Under the pieces are notes generated by a model. It was not told where the DNA came from, did not search any database, and worked only from the letters and a program-made list of their open reading frames with translations. A DNA stretch of 64,000 bases from Betaproteobacteria bacterium (GTDB lineage Bacteria > Pseudomonadota > Gammaproteobacteria > Burkholderiales > SG8-41): the NCBI GenBank assembly GCA_052389535.1, contig JBQTHU010000041.1, forward strand, positions 12,972-76,971, written 5' to 3'. The position numbers were made by a program, and so were the translations under genes. Positions 23,300-33,632 of the stretch are shown here, one piece after another (within the stretch, counting starts at the first letter, position 1; each line of letters begins with the position of its first letter).

Positions 23300-23485
23300 G
23301 ATTCAGCGTGCCGGCGGCATGCGCCGCGCGCGGAGCGATGATGGCGGTGTGCGGGTTGCAGCGATTATCCTTCGCTGGCAAAGCGGTACGGAACCACGCG
23401 GGATTGTATCACGGCGTGCGCGCAGGCCGACCTCATGGCGCGACGGCAGAGGCGCCACAAATAGCACACTGCGTTCTTTGATCGA

Positions 23486-24316
23486 TCAGTCCTGCGGCGG
23501 CGCGTAGCGGCGGTCGTGCTCCAGGGAAGGCATCATGCCTCTGATGCGCGCAACCTGCGCGGCATCGATGTCCGCGTAGATGATGCCGATCTCTTCCCCG
23601 GCCTCGGCAAGGATGTCGCCCCAGGGATCGATGATCAGCGAATGACCGTAGGTCTGCCGGTTTCCGGGATGGTCGCCGCACATCGCGGGCGCGAATATGA
23701 AGCATTCGTTCTCGATCGCCCGCGCTCTCAGGAGCGGATGCCAGTGCGACCTGCCGGTCTGACGCTGGAACGATGACGGCACCGAGATGAACAGTGCGCC
23801 GGCCTGCGCCAGCGTGCGAAACAGCGTGGGGAACCGCAGGTCGTAGCAGACCGTCATGCCCAGTTCGCCCCACGGAGTCCGCGCGACGACGGCGCGGTCG
23901 CCGGGACGGTACGCCGACGACTCGCGTATCACCTTCCCGTCCGGCAGCGTCACGTCGAACATGTGGATCTTGTCGTAGGTTGCAACCACCGCGCCGTCGG
24001 CGGCGACGAGAAACGAACGGTTTGCGATCCGTGCCTCTTCGGTGCGCACGGTGAGCGAGCCGATGAGCAGCCATACGGAAAGCTCTCGCGCCAGCGTTTG
24101 CAGGGCCCGGAGCGGCGCGCCGCCGTCCGCATCCAGCGCTCGCTCGCGCATGACGCGACCGTTGCCGTCGAGCATCAATGCATACTCCGGGGTGAGCACG
24201 AAACGGGCGCCGCCGCCGGCCGCCTCGCGTATCCCGGCCCGGACGCGCGCAAGATTCGAATCGAGATCGTTACCTGAATTGAGCTGCAGGCAGGCTGCGC
24301 GAAACGGGGCGGTCAT
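23486..24316 (-). CDS. Carbon-nitrogen hydrolase (nitrilase superfamily, omega-amidase-like)
   Basis: Glu-Lys-Cys triad contexts TPEY, KIHMFD and CYDLRFP. Start taken at MTAPFRAACLQ (24316). The upstream 82 codons of the ORF are Arg/Ala-rich and look non-coding. Confidence 0.88.
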   Translation of the reverse strand: MTAPFRAACLQLNSGNDLDSNLARVRAGIREAAGGGARFVLTPEYALMLDGNGRVMRERALDADGGAPLRALQTLARELSVWLLIGSLTVRTEEARIANRSFLVAADGAVVATYDKIHMFDVTLPDGKVIRESSAYRPGDRAVVARTPWGELGMTVCYDLRFPTLFRTLAQAGALFISVPSSFQRQTGRSHWHPLLRARAIENECFIFAPAMCGDHPGNRQTYGHSLIIDPWGDILAEAGEEIGIIYADIDAAQVARIRGMMPSLEHDRRYAPPQD

Positions 24317-24401
24317 GATTCGGGTATCCGGGACGAGCAGACAGGGGCTGGCCGTTGCATCAACAGCCGCAGTATACGAATTCCGGAAGATTCGCGGAGG
24401 C

Positions 24402-24429
24402 CCCTGTGCCGCTTTTCCGCGGCACAGGG
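24402..24429. repeat. Perfect 11-bp stem hairpin (CCCTGTGCCGC-TTTTCC-GCGGCACAGGG)
   Basis: Read directly. No U-tract on either strand. Lies about 90-110 nt upstream of the nitrilase-family gene start. Confidence 0.6.
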
Positions 24430-24767
24430 ATGACGACGCTGCCGCGCTCAGGACACGGTTATACCGCTGCCTTGTGGAGCCTCCGACGATGCGTCCCGCA
24501 ACGCCCGGGCCGCCGATCGCCAGCCACGGGTGATACCGGACGAGCCGGGCGCAAGCAGCCAAGCGCGATGCGCGCGAAGCGCACTGCCAGACGTTCCACC
24601 TGCGCCAGCAGCCCGAAACGCGGCCGCGGCATCAGCCCCGGCCAGGTCGGGTCGCCGCGCGCCCTTGCAGGCAGGCCCGCATCACGGCATGAGAGGCGTG
24701 GCCGTTCGCGGCGCCGGTCGGCATGACTGCGGGGATGCGGCCACACGGCGACTGCACCGCGCCGATG

Positions 24768-24968
24768 CTACAGCTTGCCGGGATAGCGGTTCAGCAGCTC
24801 GCCAGGCCGGCGGCGGAGGGGAGCGACCTTGATCTTCGCCTCTTCGGCTGCCGCAGCCGCCTCATGATCGTGCATGCGTTGCTCGCGGCGCACCCGCGCG
24901 AAGGTTTTTCTGAGGTCGGTATGCGCACTCGGGGTGTACCGAAAAGAACGATCCAGTATGGATTTCAC
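24768..24968 (-). CDS. Small (66 aa) conserved hypothetical protein
   Basis: ORF MKSILDRSFRYTPSAHTDLRKTFARVRREQ... resembles a small protein I recall as conserved in betaproteobacteria. No domain assignment is possible. Confidence 0.5.
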   Translation of the reverse strand: MKSILDRSFRYTPSAHTDLRKTFARVRREQRMHDHEAAAAAEEAKIKVAPLRRRPGELLNRYPGKL

Positions 24969-25155
24969 AGTGTCTCCTCGCCGTCAACTTGCGAGCATGA
25001 GCCGAGCGGATCGATCGCTATGCCGATGTAATATAGCGTCGCGATGCCGTGCGGCAATATCGCGATCGCTGGATTTTCCTGTAGCGATTCGGCGCGCAAC
25101 GCTGTCGTGCCTCTGCTACACCACAACGGGCTCGCGCGAGCGCATCCACCAGAAC

Positions 25156-25491
25156 TCAAATCCGCCAGACCCTTACGGTTGTCATGTCGTCCTCGCTGGC
25201 ATTCGCCGCCCATACGACCATGGCGGCGATGTCGGCCTTGGCCCGCCCGAGCAGCGAGCCGTTCTTCTTGTACCAGATACTGGTGAACGCGGTCTCCTGC
25301 GCCTGCAGGTCGATCAGGCGCAGGCCGTCGGCGCGCAGCTTCAGGATCGTTTTCACGAAGTGCGTGTTCCCGACGTAGTTGCGCTCCGCAACGGGATAGC
25401 GGGACATGATTTCGCGCATGATTCGCGACCTCTGTTCCGCGGGAAAGGCCTTCATGTGATCCCTGTCCTGGCTGGTGATGGATGCCGCCAT
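25156..25491 (-). CDS. Hypothetical protein (111 aa)
   Basis: Very high third-position GC. AAGGA ribosome-binding site upstream of the Met at 25491 (the ORF opens at 25572). No family recognised. Confidence 0.6.
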   Translation of the reverse strand: MAASITSQDRDHMKAFPAEQRSRIMREIMSRYPVAERNYVGNTHFVKTILKLRADGLRLIDLQAQETAFTSIWYKKNGSLLGRAKADIAAMVVWAANASEDDMTTVRVWRI

Positions 25492-25630
25492 AAGATTTCC
25501 TTGCGGAGACCGTAAGGCGCCATTCCAGCGCACCGGAAATTGACTGGTTCGTCGCCCGCCCTTCGGTCGCATAGACCGAATGGCGCAGTCGATGACATTG
25601 GAATGAGCCCGTTGGGGTCGGGCCCTTCCC

Positions 25631-26398
25631 CTAGGCGCCGGACACGAGCGCGGAGACCCGCTGCAGCAGCGCCTCGCGCGAGACCGGCTTGGTGACGAAA
25701 TCGTCCGCGCCGGCCTGCATGCCGCTCAGCCGGTCGTCTTTCCGGTCCAGTGCGCTCAGCAGCACGATGGGAATGGCCGCGCTCTGTGCGCGAGCCCTGA
25801 TGCGCCGGCATACCTCGAGTCCGTTCATCCCCGGCATGACCACATCGAGCAGCACGAGCGCCGGAGGGGTGTCCTCCCCGATAATGGCAAGCGCTTCGTC
25901 GCCCCCGGCCGCCTCGCGTACCGCGTAGCCTGCGTTTTCCAGATAGTGCGCGATGAGTATGCGGCTCATCGCATCGTCGTCCACCACCAGAATATACGGA
26001 CGCCGCCCTGCATCTCCGGCGTGAAGCGGCAGCCTTGTGTCGCCCGGACGTGCTGCTTCTATGCGGGTGCGCAGCAGGTAAGCATCTATGCCGCTTTCCA
26101 CCCGCCCTATTTCCGCAGTATCGCGGGCGTTCGCCGCCTGCTGCAATCTCGCACCGAGCTCCGTCAATTCGGAAAAGCCGAACATGCGCCCGGACCCGTG
26201 CATGTTGTGGCCGATGCCGTGTATCGCATCGTAGTCCTGCCGTCTGAGAGCGGCGCGGATCGTCTCGAGATCCTTCGCGCGATTGGCGAGATACGCGCGC
26301 GCCAGACTCACGATGTCGGGGTCGAGCTGGACTACGTTTACGTCCTCAGAAAGTCCTGCCATCCCCGACGCTCCCGAACCGGCTGCCGGGTGCTGCAT
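25631..26398 (-). CDS. Hpt-REC fusion protein (histidine phosphotransfer domain + receiver)
   Basis: Hpt motif (IHGIGHNMHGSGRMFGF), then a receiver domain (ILVVDDD ... LLDVVMPGMNG ... DDFVTKP). The start may be the Met at 26362. Confidence 0.85.
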   Translation of the reverse strand: MQHPAAGSGASGMAGLSEDVNVVQLDPDIVSLARAYLANRAKDLETIRAALRRQDYDAIHGIGHNMHGSGRMFGFSELTELGARLQQAANARDTAEIGRVESGIDAYLLRTRIEAARPGDTRLPLHAGDAGRRPYILVVDDDAMSRILIAHYLENAGYAVREAAGGDEALAIIGEDTPPALVLLDVVMPGMNGLEVCRRIRARAQSAAIPIVLLSALDRKDDRLSGMQAGADDFVTKPVSREALLQRVSALVSGA

Positions 26399-28535
26399 GC
26401 GGCCGCCAGGCGTGGCAGGCAGCGAGCGCCGCGTTCAGCATTTCGACCTGCCGCTCCAGGCTGGCAAAGCACGATGCAGCGCCCACCGCATCGCCGTGCG
26501 CATCGCAACGCTGCAGTCTGTCAACCGCATGGCATGCCGCATGCGCGGACAGGTTGCGAAACATCCCCGAAAGCGTGTGCAACGCCTGGTGGAGTCCCGG
26601 TGTGTCGCGCTGGTCCAGGGCGCACCGTGCCTGGGACAGCAGCCGCGCGCTGTCGCGACGGAAAGCCTCCTTCATCGCATCGAGAAGCGTCATATCGCCG
26701 GCGACGCGCTCCAGCAGCGCCGTCCGGTCCAACACCGGTCCGGCCTTCGTATCTCCGGAAAGAACGGATCGCGCGCGCTCGATGGCCGCGAGCAGCGCGG
26801 CGGGCTGGATCGGCTTGATAAGGCAGTCGTCCATGCCGGCCTGAAGGCAGTCCTCCCGGTCTCCCACCATGGCGTTGGCGGTCAACGCGATGATGGATAC
26901 GTGGGACCCGGTGTACCTCTCTTTCTGTCGGATCCGTTCGGTCGCCGCGAGTCCGTCCATGCGCGGCATGCGGACATCCATCAATATCAGATCGAAACGA
27001 CGCCGTTCGTATGCTTCCAGCGCCGCCACGCCGTTGTCCGCCACCCACACCTCGTGCCCCTGCCTGCGCAGCAGGTGGCACGCCAGCTTCTGGCTCAGAA
27101 GATTGTCTTCGACGAGCAGGATATCGAGGCCTACGCCGGTCGAGCATATCTTTCGGGCGTCACCGGCATCCGCGTCCGCCGTCGTTCCAGTCGCGGCCGC
27201 TTCCGAAGAACAACCCGCTTCCGGCTGCAGCGCGAAACGCGCGGTGAAGTGAAAGGCGCTGCCTTTGTCAGGCTCGCTCTCCAGCCAGATTTTCCCGTGC
27301 ATCATTTCGACCAGCCGGGCGGAGATGGTCAGCCCGAGGCCGCTGCCGCCGTAATGGCGCGTCGTCGAAGGATCGGCCTGCAGAAAGCGCCGGAAGATCG
27401 CGCCCTGCCTGTCCCGGGGAATGCCGATACCGGTGTCGCGCACGGAAAACCGGCAGACCAGCTCCCGGTCGCTCCACGAATCGAGCGCAATGCACACCTT
27501 CACCTGTCCGCGCTCGGTGAACTTGAGCGCATTGCTCACCAGATTCATGACGATCTGGCGCAGTCGCAACGGATCGCCGACCAGCCCGTCGGGTATGTCG
27601 CTCGCAATCTCGCACGTGAGCTCCAGATGTTTCTGGCGCGCCTGGAGCGCCAGCGCCTTCAACGTTCCGCCGACGCATTCCCGCAGCGAAAAGGCCGTCG
27701 CTTCGATGGCGAGCCGTCCGGCTTCGATCCGCGACAGATCCAGGATATCGTCGATGATGCCGAGCAGCGAGTCGCTGGCGGTCTTGACCGCGCCGAGATA
27801 CTCGCGCACTTCGTCCGGGAGGTTGCCCTGCAGTGCGAGCTCGGTCATGCCCACCACGACATTCATGGGCGTGCGGATCTCATGGCTCATGTTGGCAAGA
27901 AATTCGGTCTTGGCGCGGCTCGCCGATTCCGCCGCCTGCTTCGCCTGGCGCAGCTCGTCTTCCATGTTCCTGCGGATCTCGATCTCGCGACGGAGCCGTT
28001 CGTTTGTCGCCGTGAGGCTCAGGGTGCGTTCGCGGACCTTGGCCTCGAGCTGCTCGTTCGAGCGGGACAGCGCCTCCTCCGCCCGCTTTCTCTCGGCGAT
28101 CTGGCGCGCCAGCGCCGCGCTCTTGTAGTACAGGTCCACGAAGACCGCCACTTTCGACCGGAGCACCTCGGGCTGCACCGGCTTCACGACGTAGTCCACG
28201 GCCCCCGCGGCATAGCCGCGCATCACCGATGCCATGTCTTCGTACGCGCCGGTGAGAAAAATGACCGGGGTGCGCTGCGATCGCGGGCACGCGTGTATCA
28301 GCCTGGCGGTCTCGAAGCCGTCCATGCCGGGCATGCGCACATCGAGCAGCACGAGCGCGATGTCGTGGACTGCGGCTGCGCGCAAAGCCTCCGGCCCCGA
28401 GGAGGCCAGCACCACTTCGCGATCCGGTCCCTGGAGCAGCTCGTTGAGGGCAAGACGACCGTGCGGTTCGTCATCGACGACGAGTATCTTCGCCCGGGAC
28501 AGTGCGGGCGCCGGCGTGTCGCTCATGCCCTGCAC
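26346..28535 (-). CDS. Soluble hybrid histidine kinase: REC - coiled coil - HisKA - HATPase_c - REC - Hpt
   Basis: 729 aa. N-terminal receiver (ILVVDDEP...LLDVRMPGMDG), H-box FLANMSHEIRTPMN, G-boxes, a second receiver (ILLVEDN...LMDVRMPRMDG) and a C-terminal Hpt (HTLSGMFRNL). No TM segment or sensor domain. Confidence 0.92.
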   Translation of the reverse strand: MQGMSDTPAPALSRAKILVVDDEPHGRLALNELLQGPDREVVLASSGPEALRAAAVHDIALVLLDVRMPGMDGFETARLIHACPRSQRTPVIFLTGAYEDMASVMRGYAAGAVDYVVKPVQPEVLRSKVAVFVDLYYKSAALARQIAERKRAEEALSRSNEQLEAKVRERTLSLTATNERLRREIEIRRNMEDELRQAKQAAESASRAKTEFLANMSHEIRTPMNVVVGMTELALQGNLPDEVREYLGAVKTASDSLLGIIDDILDLSRIEAGRLAIEATAFSLRECVGGTLKALALQARQKHLELTCEIASDIPDGLVGDPLRLRQIVMNLVSNALKFTERGQVKVCIALDSWSDRELVCRFSVRDTGIGIPRDRQGAIFRRFLQADPSTTRHYGGSGLGLTISARLVEMMHGKIWLESEPDKGSAFHFTARFALQPEAGCSSEAAATGTTADADAGDARKICSTGVGLDILLVEDNLLSQKLACHLLRRQGHEVWVADNGVAALEAYERRRFDLILMDVRMPRMDGLAATERIRQKERYTGSHVSIIALTANAMVGDREDCLQAGMDDCLIKPIQPAALLAAIERARSVLSGDTKAGPVLDRTALLERVAGDMTLLDAMKEAFRRDSARLLSQARCALDQRDTPGLHQALHTLSGMFRNLSAHAACHAVDRLQRCDAHGDAVGAASCFASLERQVEMLNAALAACHAWRPHAAPGSRFGSVGDGRTF

Positions 28536-28966
28536 CAGCTTTGCAGCATGTCCAGCAGGACATCGATGTCGACGGGCTTCGCGATGTAATCAGATGCGCC
28601 TGCCTCCAGACATTTCTCCCGATCGCCGTGCATCGCTCGCGCGGTGACGGCGATGATAGGCAGTTCGCTGAACCGGGGGATACCGCGGATGACCCGGATG
28701 GTGTCGTAACCGTCCAGTCCGGGCATCATGATGTCCATCAGCACTGCATCGCTGTCCGGATTGCGCTTCAGAACCTCGATCGCGTCCAGGCCGCTTTCCG
28801 CGCTCAGCACGTTCACGCGATGCTGTTCCAGGATACCGCAAAGCGCCAATACGTTGCGCGGGTCGTCGTCGACCACCAGCACCTTGCGTCCCGAAAGCGC
28901 GCGACCTCGCGGCATCCGGCGCCCGCCGGTGCCGGGCATTCCCGCCGCAGTCTGCATGTCCGTCAT
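28523..28966 (-). CDS. Single-domain CheY-like response regulator
   Basis: 147 aa. VLVVDDDP, LMDIMMPGLDG, AVTA, DYIAKP. Confidence 0.9.
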   Translation of the reverse strand: MTDMQTAAGMPGTGGRRMPRGRALSGRKVLVVDDDPRNVLALCGILEQHRVNVLSAESGLDAIEVLKRNPDSDAVLMDIMMPGLDGYDTIRVIRGIPRFSELPIIAVTARAMHGDREKCLEAGASDYIAKPVDIDVLLDMLQSWCRA

Positions 28967-29062
28967 GCTGCTCCCTCCTGCACCTTCTTGTAATCGGGTT
29001 CCGGCGCGTCACAGCGTGCAGTCCGTCCCGGCGGCACGTTTGTTCATGATTACGGCGGCACG

Positions 29063-29278
29063 CTACTCTTCCCCGCCGGCTTTGCACAGCAGACGTTCGC
29101 CCGCGCTCGCGCCCAGCAGAACCGGGCGAATTTCCCGGTACATCCGCAGGTGCGTTTCATACGGCTGCACCAAATCCATTCCTCCGGAATGATGCCGCCA
29201 GTCGCGCGAAGCGAGTCCCATGCCCGTCAGGGAAAGCACCATCACCAGCGTGAACACCCGGCTCTTGTTCACGGACAA
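29063..29278 (-). CDS. Small (71 aa) protein with N-terminal signal/TM segment
   Basis: The start codon lies 2 nt after the stop of the upstream REC gene. High third-position GC. Hydrophobic N-terminus VFTLVMVLSLTGMGLA. No family recognised. Confidence 0.45.
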   Translation of the reverse strand: MSVNKSRVFTLVMVLSLTGMGLASRDWRHHSGGMDLVQPYETHLRMYREIRPVLLGASAGERLLCKAGGEE

Positions 29279-29280
29279 CC

Positions 29281-29658
29281 TCAGTGCGGTCCGGATCGCG
29301 CGGGGATGTTGCCGAGCACCGACCCGAGCTGCGGGTACTCCGAGGACTTATCGTAGAAATAGTCGGCTCCGGCCGCCAGGCCGTGTTGCTGGTTCTCGGG
29401 ACAGGCTTCGTTGGTGAGCACGATTACCGGCGTGCGGGGATCGGCGCGCTTCACGTCCCGGAGCAGCTTCATTCCGCGCCCGCTGCGCGTGTGCGCATCC
29501 ATGATGACGGCGTCCGGCTTCCGTTTTCTCGCGGGTTTCCTGCCGCTCTCCACCCGTCCCGTCCCGGTTACGATCCCCACCCCCTGCAGGCGTGCCAGCA
29601 GCTGTTCCAGGCGGTCCCTTACGACGGCAGAGTCATCGACGATCAGGAGCTTCCTCAT
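29281..29658 (-). CDS. Single-domain response regulator receiver protein (atypical alpha2 region)
   Basis: MRKLLIVDDS ... VIMDAHT ... VIVLTN ... YFYDKS preserve the acidic pocket, phospho-Asp, Thr and Lys positions. A basic insertion (GRKPARKRKPD) is present. Confidence 0.8.
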   Translation of the reverse strand: MRKLLIVDDSAVVRDRLEQLLARLQGVGIVTGTGRVESGRKPARKRKPDAVIMDAHTRSGRGMKLLRDVKRADPRTPVIVLTNEACPENQQHGLAAGADYFYDKSSEYPQLGSVLGNIPARSGPH

Positions 29659-29800
29659 CCGGTCGCGGCAAAGCACAGATTCCGCTTCGATAATAATGCT
29701 GTGCGGATAAATTCAATATCGCCGAAACCGGAAGTTTTTGTGGCTCTTCGGCGAGGCAGTGTCGCGCTTTGACTACGGAGGACGCGCCGGCCGGCGCATT

Positions 29801-30430
29801 TCAGGCGATCAGTCTGTGCCGGATGGCATAGCGCACGAGTTCGGCGTTGGTCGCAACGCTGAGCTTCCTCAGTATACGAGCCCGGTAGGTGCTCACCGTG
29901 CTCGGACTGACGAACATTTCCTTCGCGATCTCGTGGATCTGCATGCCCGAGGCGATCAGCCACATCACGCGGTATTCGCGATCGGACAGGGTCTCGTGAG
30001 GAGGCTGCTGGGCGTCGCTTATGGTATCGAACGCGAGCTTTTCTGCGAGGGTGGGGCTCACGTACTTGCCCCCCTGGACGACCTTGCGTATGGCGGCGGT
30101 CAGTTCCTCGGACGCGCTTTGCTTGTTGATGTATCCCGCGCCTCCCGACTTGAGCACGCGCGTTGCGTGCAATTCTTCGGGATAGATGCTGAGGATCAGC
30201 ACCGGACGCTCAGGAAACTCGCGCTTGAAGTCCTTCAGCAGCTCGATCCCGCTGCGCCCCGGCATCGAGTAGTCGAGAATGGCCACGTCCCACGCATGGC
30301 GGCGTGCGAGCTCGAGCGCTTCCGTGCCGTTCGTCGCATCGGTCACGACCTCGACTTCCGGATCGGCTGCAAGAATCTGCTTCAGCCCGTGCCGAACGAC
30401 CGGATGATCATCCGCAATGAGTACTTTCAA
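29801..30430 (-). CDS. NarL/FixJ-family response regulator (REC + LuxR HTH), paralog 1
   Basis: 209 aa. MKVLIADDHPVVRHG, ILDYSMPG, and a C-terminal LuxR-type HTH (LSDREYRVMWLIASGMQIHEIAKEMFVSPSTVSTYRARILRKL). Confidence 0.93.
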   Translation of the reverse strand: MKVLIADDHPVVRHGLKQILAADPEVEVVTDATNGTEALELARRHAWDVAILDYSMPGRSGIELLKDFKREFPERPVLILSIYPEELHATRVLKSGGAGYINKQSASEELTAAIRKVVQGGKYVSPTLAEKLAFDTISDAQQPPHETLSDREYRVMWLIASGMQIHEIAKEMFVSPSTVSTYRARILRKLSVATNAELVRYAIRHRLIA

Positions 30431-30699
30431 AAAACCTTCCCTTCAATAGGCGCAACTGAAGTCCGTCGAACTTCGCGTATCGCGCGCGATCGGAGAAGTG
30501 ACCGGAGTCCCGCGAAAATTATACCGTCCCGCACGCGGACCTCCCGGCGTTGCAGGCACGCGACAACCTCTCGATTTCTCCCAGCGGTACGCCGGTGCAC
30601 TTGTCGCGATGCAGCTACATGCCGTCAGCCCGCCGCTACAAAAAAATCGTGATCGCATGATAGTGACCTCCCGCGCGAAGGCATATCATTCATTCCACG

Positions 30700-30810
30700 T
30701 TGTCGCCGGCCGCAGCCGCCGCTGACACGCAGGTTCCACCTTGCATACGCACGCCCCTCCCCTGTGCGTTTGTGAGTAGGAAGCCCCGGCGCCCGCCGGG
30801 GCTTTTTTTT
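30700..30810 (+). ncRNA. Candidate small RNA with C-rich (CCCCUCCCC) hairpin loop and intrinsic terminator; 5' end not defined
   Basis: Hairpin ACGCAC-GCCCCTCCCCT-GTGCGT at 30747-30769, then the terminator at 30783-30810. A possible -10 box TATCAT lies near 30693. The overlapping 75-aa ORF has poor codon bias. Confidence 0.35.
30783..30810 (+). terminator. Strong rho-independent terminator (8-bp GC stem, GCCC tetraloop, T8)
   Basis: GCCCCGGC-GCCC-GCCGGGGC followed by TTTTTTTT. It is specific to the plus strand, since the minus strand has no T-run after the stem. Confidence 0.8.
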
Positions 30811-30824
30811 GCCCGTACAGCAAC

Positions 30825-30851
30825 TTGCCGCAGGGCACGCGCGGGTATAAT
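30825..30851 (+). promoter_or_regulatory. Putative sigma-70 promoter of the MASE1 kinase gene
   Basis: TTGCCG - 15 nt - TATAAT, 54 nt upstream of the ATG at 30905. The spacer is shorter than optimal. Confidence 0.4.
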
Positions 30852-30904
30852 TTTTCGGTCGCCAGCGCGCCAATTCGAATCCTACAAGACGAGCCCGCCC
30901 ATAG

Positions 30905-33577
<2,673 letters not shown>

Positions 33578-33632
33578 CGCAGGTGCTCGCGGTGCAATGA
33601 GCGCCAACTTGCGGCAATAAGCGCCGGGCCGC

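Noticed and set aside
23486-24562. 358-aa version of the nitrilase-family ORF
   Set aside because: The first 82 codons are Arg/Gly/Ala-rich, span a perfect hairpin and have no counterpart in the family. The Met at 24316 (MTAPFRAACLQ) gives the normal ~277-aa protein.
30498-30725. 75-aa ORF in the NarL/MASE1 intergenic region
   Set aside because: It has a GTG start without a good ribosome-binding site. Third-position GC is only about 60%, against a much higher value in the real genes here. The sequence is basic, with no motif. The region is better explained as non-coding or sRNA.
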